From Gnetum montanum (taxonomy: Eukaryota; Plantae; Gnetophyta): a stretch of 64,000 bases of DNA. Position 1 is the stretch's first letter, and every line of letters begins with the position of its first letter. A program made the translations under genes and the position numbers. Under the pieces are notes generated by a model. That model was not told where the DNA came from. It did not search any database and worked only from the letters and a program-made list of their open reading frames with translations. This document shows, in pieces, positions 13,567 to 25,429 of this stretch. The stretch is taken from assembly GCA_015680685.1 (NCBI GenBank), contig MNCI01000563.1, positions 1 through 64,000 of the forward strand. Reading direction: 5' to 3'.

Positions 13567-14405
13567 TGATGAGTCATGAATTCTTGGCTGCGATATCGCA
13601 CCCATAATATAATGTACGCGATATCATAGCCTAGACATGATATTGCAGCTTGTCTCCTCATTTATAAATAAGAGGTAGGTAGATTTGGTAGGCAATTTTT
13701 AAAGTTTTTAAGTTTAAGTTTAGTAGTTTTTAGAGACTTTTTGTCAGTTTTTTCCTCTCAACCCTTTTCTCCCAATGCATGCCCACAGTGTAATGATTGT
13801 AATTGTACAACATCCTTATTCGAGTGTGACATACTTGAATACACACATGACTAGCAATAAAGATCTAGATTACTTCATCATTGTAGCATCCACTTAGCTT
13901 AATTATTTAATTGTTATTGTTATTTATTACTTTCTTATTTAATATCTCTTTACCCTTATCACCTAGTAATGCAGAATGAATATGAATTAATCATAAGCAT
14001 TTAAGTGTGACTACTTGGTAACCCAGTAGTGTACCTAGGCCATGCACTTGGTAATCCTAGTGGTAGTCATGCATGAGGTTCAATATGTGTATGGATGATT
14101 AAGGAACGGATGCTCATCACACTTAGGCTAGTTTAGATTCTCTATCATTCTCTCTCCTAGCTTAGTTTATATTATTTACCATCATACCCAAGAGTAGCAG
14201 TAGTGTAGGAACACATCATACACCTCACTTTGGACTAAACCATATGTGACAAAGCTAATACTAGTCCAGGTGGGAAGATAGCGAACTGTGATCTACGAGT
14301 AACTGTCTAGATACCACAACTAGTCCATCTGCGAAGTTCAACCGAATCATGCATGAAATTCTCATATTCGTATGGTTGAGTGTAGGGGTACCTTTCCACT
14401 CATTA
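13567..14405 (+). repeat. 3' LTR of Athila-like element
   Basis: Follows the G-rich PPT; collinear with 6017-7015; followed by TSD GAAAA. Confidence 0.9.
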
Positions 14406-14449
14406 GAAAAGATTCTAATGTGTGTGGGAAGTGAAAGATGGCAAAGTAA

Positions 14450-14815
14450 CTATGAGTAGGAAGCATATGTTCTTAATTATTTCTTTTAGTATGAAGCACA
14501 AAATTTCTATCATGACTTTAAGTAAAAAGCACATGTTTTTAATTATGTGTTCAAATAGGAAGCATGAATTTCTCAATAAGAATAAATTTCTATTATGGCT
14601 TTGTAGGAAGCACATGTTATTGATTATATCTTTAAGAAAGAGGAACCAACTTTTGATTATGACTCTAAGTAGGAAGCACAGGTTCTTAATTGTCTTTAAG
14701 TAAAAAGCATAAATTTCTATTATAACACCAAGTAGGGAGCACATATTCTTGATTGTGACTTTGATTAGGAGCATAAATTTGGAGGATTATAACCCCAAGT
14801 AGGAAGCACAAGTTT
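14450..14815. repeat. Degenerate 33-bp tandem array
   Basis: Units such as AGTAGGAAGCACATGTTCTTAATTATGACTTTA recur about 11 times. Confidence 0.8.
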
Positions 14816-15363
14816 GGGGATGGAGGAATGAGTATCTCGAAATTTTTACATGCTTGTATTACTACCATCCATAGCAAGATTATTTAGATTTTAGGAAAGT
14901 CTTGCTCCATCTTGAAAGGTTAACACCATTTACATAAAAAAATCCAAGACTTTTCTTCTTTGAATTAGGTTGCATGAGAATCTATATACCTTGATTGGAT
15001 GCCTAGTTAAGTCTAACATTTATATTTTATGGTTGATTACCCTAGTCAGTGAACCAACTTATCTATAATTATTAGATGGACTCTAAGTTATTTAATACTT
15101 TTCAACATTTGAAAAATAGGGATATAGACTTACACTCTGAGGACACCATTTCTTTCAAGTAGGGGAGAAAGCAAAAATTATGTCTTATTAGTGGCTCAAA
15201 GGCTACTTCCCTTTGGAACTAGTGGCTAGAATGAATATGAAAATCCTTAGGAGATTCATGTTATTTCAACCATCACACTAAAAAACTCCATGATCCTACT
15301 TCTTTATATATAATGTCATAAGGATATGTAAGATTGCATAGGAGCTTTGACTTTAATGGGTAG

Positions 15364-15570
15364 TAATGAGTGGTGAGGTACCCCTAAGCCCAACCATACA
15401 AATCACTAAGGTGTTACATGTGATCTGGTTGAATTTCATGGACCTATAGTTATCTAATGCACTAGCTCTTCTAGGAAGTAAAATGGGCATTAAAAATGTT
15501 CATTGTCTTTCCAACTACACTTGTGAAATTCAATGGTATGGTTTAAGAGTAATTAAGATATATGATTTTT
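15364..15570 (-). repeat. Inverted LTR fragment related to the Athila-like LTR
   Basis: TAATGAGTGGTGAGGTACCCCTA...CAACCATAC...GATCTGGT is the reverse complement of the LTR 3' end (6920-7015 / 14310-14405). Confidence 0.75.
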
Positions 15571-16121
15571 ATCATTTTTTGTTTTATAGATGTAATTGCC
15601 TACAACAAGAGTAAAAGGTAAAGTAATTGAGGATCTAATTCATTTACTGCCCATTTACTGCCTAGCTAGCCTAACACAAGTAATCACCCCACTTTCTTGG
15701 TGTTAAACCCTACAATTGGTTCATTTTTAAGTAAACATTTTTACCGAAATTAATACATTTTTATTACATATTATTTGATGAGTATTGAATTAATGTTTAT
15801 TTTAGTTTATTTTAGTCTTGAATATTAGTAGTAGTTATTAGTTTATTTTAATTAATATGATATATTAGTATATATTAATGTGACTATACTTATATATATA
15901 TATACCCATTATGTAAACATTATACACAACCATAGATGTAAATAATATAAAAAAATTATATATTATACTAATATGATTATAATTATATATATAATATAAA
16001 CATGATATAAATATCATAATATAAAATTGGATTTATATAATGGGCTTTCTTTGTTTCTCTCTCCTCAAGTTGACATAAGGTAGAATACAAGTAGGATACA
16101 ACCCATACATTTTCTTTAGCA

Positions 16122-16577
16122 NNNNNNNNNNNNNNNNNNNNNNNNNNNNNNNNNNNNNNNNNNNNNNNNNNNNNNNNNNNNNNNNNNNNNNNNNNNNNNN
16201 NNNNNNNNNNNNNNNNNNNNNNNNNNNNNNNNNNNNNNNNNNNNNNNNNNNNNNNNNNNNNNNNNNNNNNNNNNNNNNNNNNNNNNNNNNNNNNNNNNNN
16301 NNNNNNNNNNNNNNNNNNNNNNNNNNNNNNNNNNNNNNNNNNNNNNNNNNNNNNNNNNNNNNNNNNNNNNNNNNNNNNNNNNNNNNNNNNNNNNNNNNNN
16401 NNNNNNNNNNNNNNNNNNNNNNNNNNNNNNNNNNNNNNNNNNNNNNNNNNNNNNNNNNNNNNNNNNNNNNNNNNNNNNNNNNNNNNNNNNNNNNNNNNNN
16501 NNNNNNNNNNNNNNNNNNNNNNNNNNNNNNNNNNNNNNNNNNNNNNNNNNNNNNNNNNNNNNNNNNNNNNNNNNNNN
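16122..16577. other. assembly gap
   Basis: run of N. Confidence 1.
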
Positions 16578-17785
16578 AACTAAGGAGGGATGAATGAATT
16601 TAAAAATAATTTAATGTAAAATACACAAAGGAATAAAAATCATCATTATGCATGGTGAAGCTTACTACCTTTAATTTTTTGGAATTAAATAGTGGTCGAT
16701 GATATCACAATGATAGTTCATCAAATGCTATACACTTTCCATAGGACAATCAACACTCTAAGCTAGGTATCTCATGTGACTCCCAAGAATCTTACAAGGC
16801 TAAGTAAATATGTAGTGCTTTCACAAGACATACTTATAACAAGTTAAGGCATAGGTAAAACATCAAATATTTTGCCATCAAAATGAAAACCTCTTAAGGC
16901 TACAAAGTAGATCTCCCCTTAAAGAGAATTTCAGTTTCTTGAGGCAATGTAAGAATGTAATAGAAAAAAAAAGTGTAAGAAGAAATTTCCACAATCAAAT
17001 TTACACAAATAAAACACAAGATTTAGAGAAAAATTTAATTAATACAAAAATTTCTATATGGAATAGAAATAAAAATCAATTTAACAATAGATTAATCACA
17101 TTACAAAATATCAGTTACAATCAAAACCATAGGAGAGAAAAGAAGAGCGTAGCATAGGTCATACAGGTCATACGACTCCCAATCTTCAATCTTCCATCCC
17201 TAATATAATAAAAAATGTAGTTCCAAGTTGAACATAGGTTATGCAAGAAAAATTCCCAAATAATTCAAATGCAACTTCAAACCAAATTGTATGATGAAAT
17301 CTAGACATTTCTATTTCTAATCTCATGTCCTTGGAACTTTCCCACCTTTCCTGAGTCTAACTCAAGTTGAAAAAATGACTAGAAATGACCTTTTTTATTT
17401 TAAACAATGGCCATTTAGGATGTCTAATTTGTGCCTTGAATGTCTACTATGAAAGTGGTGTATCTTGGATGATGCATCTAGAATTAGCAAGGACATCCAT
17501 CCTAAGACCTAAAGACATTATGATTGAATGTCCATTTTCTAGATTGGATGTCCACCCTAGTTGAAAGTTGGGCTTAGACCTCAATCTACGTTTTGCTAGG
17601 ATGTCAAAAGTTAAGTGTGGATGTTGAGTTTACATTTGGGCCTGAGAAAAGATGAATGATGACTTCCCAAACCTCACTATTAAGCATCCCAAATCCTTTG
17701 AATGGACTTGTAATAGCATCTCCTATCTCTAATCATGTTTCAAGTTGAGCAACTTGATAAGTACCTTACACATATGCATCAACAA
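16578..17785 (-). repeat. Probable LTR-like sequence of an unidentified element
   Basis: Non-coding; GGATGTC sub-repeats; ends ...GCATCAACA (TGTTGATGC on minus); no second copy in the window. Confidence 0.3.
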
Positions 17786-18599
17786 TAATATTTCTCCATC
17801 TTCTAGTTTTTAAATCACAAAAACATAGATGCCTTGGTTGGAAAATTCCACTCTCAAATCTTAAATTTAATTTCTCCTATAAGTCAAAGGGTATGATCTA
17901 GCTCTAATGTGAATGTGTGGATGAGCTATTCTAAGTAAACATTTATATCTAGTGTGGAGCCTAGAATTAGGTTGACAAACAAAATTTAAAATACAAATCA
18001 CACACTAGGTTGAAACTACCAAAAATAAAAATTAATGTTACATATTAACTAAGTAAACATAAAAATATCCAATTAGTCATTGGAAAGTTCTAGGTTCAAA
18101 CCCAAAAAAAATTGTATAAGATGGTCTCTACACCAAATATCTAATTCAAAACTTGTTTCACATAAATAAACACATTAGTACACATATGATATATAAATCA
18201 CATGATCAAATAAGCTTTGGAAATAAAATAAGAAACTTTAAAAAATGATAAATAATTAAGCACATGTTAGAAGTAGATATAAGGCTGAAAGTAAAATAAT
18301 AGAAACTACCAAAAATAATTTCAAGCTAACAAGCATAACTCCAAGGTTAATAGCGATAACCTAATAAAATATAATTCTATTATATCAATTTTAATGCATT
18401 ATTTAAATTAAGATAGATGAGATATAGAAGTAAAGGATATCAGAATTAGGAATAAAACCCACAACCTATACTTTATCAAAAGAAGGAAAACAAAGCTAAA
18501 AAGATTTTAACAAGGCTAGAAAAGCTTAGTTTTGAAATCCTCAATTGATTATGAGCCTGTGAAATTATTGATGTAAAATCTCTTCCCTCTTCAAGAATC

Positions 18600-20412
18600 T
18601 TCCTTCTATAAGATGTATGAATAGTTCTCCATGATCTCCTTCTTAATTTTCCAAGTTGCTTCTTCATCATGCTCTCCTATAAAATCTTAACCATAGAAAT
18701 TATTTTGCTTCTAACTTTCCATTCCTTCCTGGAAAGAAGTCTAATAACCTTTTTTTCTAATTGATGTCAAATTGCAACTTCACTTCCTACCAACTAATCA
18801 CATGACTTCGATCATGCACATATTTCCTTAACATCAAAACATGACAAACATTATGAATATCAGGAATTCTTAATTGCAAAGCTAAATGACAAGAAACTTC
18901 TTCAATATTCTTTAAAATTCCAAATAGTCTAACAAATCTAGAGGATACTTTTATTTTTCTTCCAAACCTCATTAATTCCTTCATTAATGATACCTTAAGA
19001 AATATAAGATCTCCAACTTGAAATTTTAAAGGCCCTTTTCTATTATTTACATACACTGTAATCCTATCGTAAGTTGTTTTATGTTAGCTTAAATCTTCCT
19101 AATCTTAGCTATCATTTCTTCCATGGTAAAAGTTTGAATGTTATCTTCAAAGTTCATCCAATACAAAAGTGTCCTGCAAGACCTTTTATGAAGTACCTCA
19201 TATGGTGCTACTTTGATGCTTGCCTAATAATCACTATTGTAAGTAAATTTTGCTAGACGAAAAATTATTTCCCAATGTTTTTCATGTCAAAATACACAAG
19301 CTCTAAGAATATCTTCCAGAATCTAAGTCACAATTTCCACTTATTTATGGAAGATAAGAAAAAATCATATTTAACTTAGTTCCCAACTCCTTATGAAAGA
19401 CTTGCCAAAATCTATAAGAGAATCTTACATTCCTGTTCAGAATTATTTTATTTGATACATCATGCAACTTAATCTATGATACTATCTATTGTTGTGGTTG
19501 CCAAGAAATGGATTGACTTGGTAAGAAAATCCACAACAACTAAGATAGCATTTTTTCTCCTCTAAGTTCTAGGCAAACATGTAATGAAATCCATGGCATT
19601 CACTTCTCACTTCAAGGTAGAAATGTTATGTGAGTGGGGATATTCTTTGGACATTGTCTACCTTAACTTGCTAAAAAAATAGACACTAATTTTCCACATC
19701 ATGGTTTATGTAAGGTCACCAATAAAGTTGTTTGATATTGTGATATGTTTTATCATCTCTAGGATAGAATTGGCACTTGCTAAAATGGGCTTCTTTCAAC
19801 TTCTTTTGTCTAAGGTTTGCTAGCACACAGACTCTATGTTTAACCTTTAGTTCTCCTTTAGTATCCAAAGAGAAAAATTTCTTGGTCACCAAGTTATGAG
19901 CATTCTGTTGGATCTAAGAATCATTCTACTACTACATAATGAGCTCATCAAACAAATCTAGCAGCACTATCAAGCTAGTGATCTTCCCTGCTATCGTGCT
20001 AGCTACATTGACCATTGTATTTCCTTTTCTTAGATGGTATTTGATAGTGTAATCTTAATTTGTTAAAGTCTCTACCCATATTCTTTGCTTGAGATTAAGT
20101 TGTAGCTAACTCATTACATACTACAAACTCTTGTGCTTCATCCATAAGATAATGTGCTCACCATAGAGGTAATGCCTCCATTGTGTGAAGACAATAGCTC
20201 CAAGCTCTAAGACATGAAGTGGGTATTTTCTCTTATGATCCTTTAACCATCTTGAAGCATAGACTATCACATGTTCATATTATAAAGCACAAACTTATAT
20301 CCTTTTTTGGAAGAATTTGAATAGACATCATAAGGCTATTCAAGCCTAGGGGACTTTAAAATAGGAATTGAAGTTAATCATTTCTTTAATTCTTGAAAGG
20401 TTTGATCATACC
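18600..20412 (-). pseudogene. Tekay pol: RNase H, integrase, chromodomain
   Basis: YPTSCLRAWS/LELGAIVFT*WRHYLYG (RH), FQVGDLIFLKVS...MRFGRKIKVSSRFV...IHNVCHVLMLRKY (INT C-terminus), EEATW chromodomain motif near 18650. Confidence 0.85.
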
Positions 20413-23196
20413 CGTAACACCCCATCCTCTCACACCTAGATAGGTCAAAGTGATACCTAGGATTACCATTAATTAGAATCCATGATGCATGAAAATACAT
20501 TAAGAATAAACCACCATAGATTCCTAATTTTTCATGCTTTCATATATCTATATCATAAGATTAAATCATACAAAAATCCATACCAAACCAAAGAGTAAGA
20601 ATACATGATAATTTACAAAACTATATGTCTCTACATAACCAAAAATCTATCCTAATTTCATAGTATATAAAAATATAAATATCCTATAAATAAGATTATT
20701 ATTAGGGTCATGCAAATATGAATAGTCCATGGAAAACCATACATTTCTACATGGAAATATACATCAAACAATACCCATATACATCCCTCTTCTCAATCCT
20801 CTTAATGATATCATGTACCCTTGTAGATTCCACCTGTAAATAAATAAAGTCAATATAAAACTAAGTGGAAAACCTTTACACTTCCCCTACTAAGTGGCCA
20901 ACAAGTTCCACAATGGAAGGAAAGGAATGGGATACAAACCTACATCAATAGTTAGTTGCACACATGCTCTAAGCAACACATACACATACAATATTGCACA
21001 CAGTACTAACATAATCATTTGTAAAGTGAGTAGATTGCAAACATGTGGTCTCAAATATAATCATTGTCATACACAATCAATCATATTTCCATGGCACCAT
21101 GTGCCTTCCACAACACATGCATTTCCACAACCATACCCATGAATTCGTATACATACCATACAATACCATCAATCCTCACATAAACCACACATTTATAGAT
21201 TAATCATAAGATATAGTACAATTGTTATGGCTCAAAGTGATATCAACACATACACATAACCGTTGGGGCCACTAGCATATCCACATTTAGTATAGCATGT
21301 GTAATGTTGTCATGAGTACTTATAATTAATCATTTTCCTGTAGATTTTTATTTACCCAAATGGTACCCATGATCCACAATCACTAGCCTATTGGAGGTTT
21401 GGCTATAGGTTTGTACATACCTATGTCATGTACTGGTCATAGGAATGAAGACACCTACACTTTTCCACTTCTGCAATGAAGCTTGCAATAGGAGCTTCAC
21501 TAATGCATCCTAGCAAGGATTAATACATGACTATCTCCAAGGTATTTTATCATTAACAAGTCCACACTCTCATGCTAGCACCACTCATCAACAACTGCTA
21601 TAAGCAACATCACGAAGACATGTACCAATCTAGGCTTGCTTAAGTTATCACATGTCATAATCATAGTACATTTGAAGAAAATATATACCATGACCACATA
21701 TATTCAAGACTAACTATCACACATTCTTTGTGATACCATAGCATAGCATAACAAAATTTCTTGCTACAGCCTTAGACCTTGAACTACATATAATTTCATA
21801 AAAATAACTACTATTGTAACCTTCAAAAGATAGATGCCAAAAGATAAAAAAAAATTTCTATAATTTGAAAGTACATAAGAAGACGATCCCAACAAAATTA
21901 ATTTTACCTCAATCAAACTTATAAAGATAAATTTAAGTGCATTTAAATTTTATTAATAAAATAATAAATAATAATATTTAATTACAACAAGTGATAATCA
22001 AAACTCCTAGAAGCACTTGATCAAAAACTTACTTGTAATATATAATACCAAAGTCATGCTAGTTACCTCAACATTACATCTAAATTTCCACATGTCCCAA
22101 ATCATTCTATTCATCACATATATATTAATGCATAATCTGCAAACATAATTGCAAATCTTACCAATATGTAAAACTATTCATCCAAATGCAAGCTTTAAGT
22201 TATTCACCCCATATGTCCACACCACATAATATATACCCTAATTGAGCATAACAAGATAGAAGAAATGTAAAGATAACTCACCAATTAAATTTTTTTGAAG
22301 AAAAAAGTTCGAAACAATCATAAAACCCTTAAAAATCTGCCAAGACCCCATTTCACTCTAAAGAAGTCCTATACCCACATATACACAATCACAACAATCT
22401 TGAATCCAAGTTTAAAACAAAGAAAAATCTATTTCTAAAGTGAAAAATTTAGTAGCATGCCTTGCAAAACAAAAATGGATGAAAAAAATCAATTTCTATT
22501 TGTAGGAAAATAGAAAACCTATAGCAAACAAAAAAACAATGAGAAGAGATGATGGAGTGAAGGTGGTTCATCCAAGTTATACATTTTATGTTTGACACAT
22601 ATAACCTTGATGCACTTTACATGTTTCTTTAAGTTTGCATCACACAACATGTGACAAATAGAAGTAAATTTAATTTTTATATTCTATTTTATTTTATTTG
22701 AAATCTTAACATTTCGATAATTTTATTTTTCTTTTCTCCTCCCCACTAATTTCTGTGAAGTTTAAATAGTCACAATAGACACATTAGGACTCCAAATCAA
22801 AATTCATTGGAAGCTACGAGATCCATATCAAACACACTACACATCTAAATTCTAAAATCACATCCAAGCATCACAAAATATAGCTTTATAATTTAATTGC
22901 ATAAATATCAAAATTGCAAATAAAGCATAAACACATATTAGTTAACTACTTTTGTATCCCAATTCAACATCCTTGCCAACCACATCACCTATCTAACACA
23001 TCACACAAGGCTAGTGTATATAATCATGTTAGTTAAGCATGTAAATACATCATAATCATATCATAAGAGCCAATACATCATAACATACAAAACACCACTA
23101 TAAAAAATTAACTTGGCCCCGATAATCCATCAAGACCACACACATATAAATCATAAACATAATGCAATACCCAAGGGCTATGGAAAGAGTGTAACA
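20413..23196. mobile_element. Solo LTR (~2.8 kb, Tekay-like termini)
   Basis: Ends (C/T)GTAACACCCC...GAGTGTAACA; flanked by ATACC (20408-20412) / ATACT (23197-23201); no coding remnants; host pol rejoins in frame. Confidence 0.8.
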
Positions 23197-23304
23197 ATAC
23201 TTTTTTGATCACATGAACTATTATTATTTCTTTGTTAATTTGGTTAATGGTATGATAATCATTTTCAGATTCTCCACATACATTCTATAGTAACCAACTA
23301 ACTT
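23197..23304 (-). pseudogene. Tekay pol RT/RH linker fragment
   Basis: LVGYYRMYVENLKMIIIPLTKLTKK, matching the LAGYYRRFV...PLTKLTKK motif. Confidence 0.8.
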
Positions 23305-24308
23305 TGTAGCAATGGAAAATATCAATACTAGAAAACCAAAATGATCCATGTGAAATAGTTGTAACTCTAAGATCCACAAGCCTCAAAAGGATCTGGAGCA
23401 CCTTAAATGATCTAGCTAATCACTTAATGACTTAAAAAGTCTATTACTAAGAAATGAAATTGAAATAAACTGCAAGGAAAGTGTGTGAAACAAAGGTTCA
23501 ATGTTTGATTGAGAATGAAGAAGTAAGAAAACAAGATGGCCAAAACAAAAAGAACTGGAAACTTTATTTTAAATGTTATAACAAATAGTGCAAAAAAAAG
23601 GGTTCAAAAAGTATAGATCATTGGCTTTAAAAGCTTGAGAACAAAAAATATCTTTTGAAATTTGATGCAGATGGTAAAATGTGTTCTACACTTGATTTGC
23701 ATAGGTCTCTTGATTGATTTGCATAATAAATGTTATTATAAAATCTCTTTGTTCCTAGAAATCTATGCTAAAAAACCTAAAAAAAAAAAGCTGTAAAATC
23801 CATGACTGTGTTATGCTATTTTTGCTCAAAAGTGTAATCTGCCAAAAGTCCTAAAAACTATGTAGAATCTAGTATAAATAGACCTTAAATTTGCTATGCT
23901 AGCACTTATTACACTCATATGCATTTTGGAGCATTACATCATGTTTTTGGGTCATTTTTATGGCCAAAAAGTGTAGCATATGGTTAACTAGATTTTTTGA
24001 GTGTTTCTATCATGTTTTTGTAGTGTATGAACCACCAATATTTTTGACATTTGTGTTGCAAATTGGTAGCATATTTGGCATTTTAACCCTCACATGCTAG
24101 CATAAATGAAATTCACAACATGTGGACTATAAATTTAAATTTACATATTAAAATAGTCCAAATAATTTCCAAAACAAGGCCACAAAGTAGGATTTTTTAT
24201 GGGAAAAAAAAAGTAATTGTTTATGCTCTTGAATTGCTATCAAATTACAATGCAGATTTTTTCTACTAGGCTTTTTATTTCTCACATGAATTTTCGTAAG
24301 GTGTTTCA
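23305..24308 (-). repeat. 3' LTR of element A
   Basis: TGTAGC...GTGTTTCA; collinear with 57036-57477 plus 62509-63083; adjacent PPT (ACCCCCTCTTTGTTG on plus). Confidence 0.85.
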
Positions 24309-25429
24309 TTGACCCCCTCTTTGTTGATTTTTTGAGGATTGACCTGAGAGACATCAACAAAGAATTCAAAACACTAACAAATTCATCACCAACATTTCCT
24401 CTCTACATTTGATTCTATAGCTATCGAATCATGCCAAAGGGTGCTCACAATGGTGAAGTAAGATCACAATGGGATGAGGAGGAATTAGGATGAGATAATG
24501 ACTACATTAATTATCAAAGGATGGTTACATGGGCTAACAAAGAATTCCAAATTTGTTAACATCATGGTTATAGCATGGTAGTGACATATTTGCTAATTGA
24601 AGAGGTCTTCGTGCTTCATGCTGGAACTATTGGTTACTCAATGATGTTTAGGAGAAACTAGCATTTTTTAATAGGCTTCTTTGACTACTTGAATCTCTCT
24701 CTCTTTTTGAGAGCCATTAATTTACTTAAATTTAGGCTACATTATCCTTTTTGCTTTCTTGGCATTTTCTCCTTATATATATATGGAAGCAAAACCTTCA
24801 TTGGGTTACATTGACAAGCCTAAATTTTCATTTTCTTACTAAATGAAATGTGTTACATTCAGTGAACTTGATGATTAAGCATGTTGAGGATATCGCATGG
24901 CTATGGTTCATGAATGTTGAACATAGGTTTTCACTATTAGTAAGGTAAGGAGGGCTATAGTTTAGTTATGTGGTTATGGCTCAAAAGGGAGAAGTGATGT
25001 GAGGTAAGCACTATTGGTACAGTTGAATCACATACATCAAGATTGGATAATAACTCACTACTACGATGAGTTGCACCTTTGCAATGGCTCCAGGATTATC
25101 CTACAAACACAATTCCATGTGTATAAGAAAACAAATCAAAGAATACATGCTATTATAGAAGGTTATATGAGGCAACAAGCAAATGTAGGCCATCATAGAT
25201 TACAACTAGCAGAACATCAAAACTGTATTTCTTGCTTTACAAGCTTATACAAAGTTTGCAATACTTTTATATGCCAAAAAGATAGGAGGTTATACAAGAT
25301 TGCTTGTTATAGGCCACTATAGTTGTCAACATCCATCATTCATCTAAACCTATGAACAAAGGCAAACAAAGGCTACAAGCAAATGGGTCAATGTTAGATA
25401 TAATAAATTTTAAGATAGGAATGGTTGGC

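Larger units (their letters stand above)
6017..14405 (+). mobile_element. Full-length Athila-like Ty3/gypsy element
   Basis: Two LTRs starting TGATGAGTC and ending CTCATTA; perfect 5-bp TSD GAAAA (6012-6016 / 14406-14410); tRNA-Asp-type PBS; PPT at ~13557-13566; gag plus a large extra ORF; contains gaps at N9042 and 10312-10677. Confidence 0.9.
3051..15170 (+). mobile_element. Degenerate Galadriel-like chromovirus remnant, interrupted by the Athila-like insertion
   Basis: Possible LTR end ...TTACA at 4200 followed by Met-PBS-like TTGGTATTA; gag remnant at ~4960-5460; possible PPT AGTAGGGGAGAA at ~15158-15170; boundaries uncertain and no pol seen. Confidence 0.45.

Noticed and set aside
16898-16945. 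PPT/LTR junction of the Tekay element (TTTAAGGGGAGATCTACTTTGTAGCC on minus)
   Set aside because: About 1.7 kb from the chromodomain, while a closer purine tract exists at 18579-18592; no second LTR in the window to confirm either
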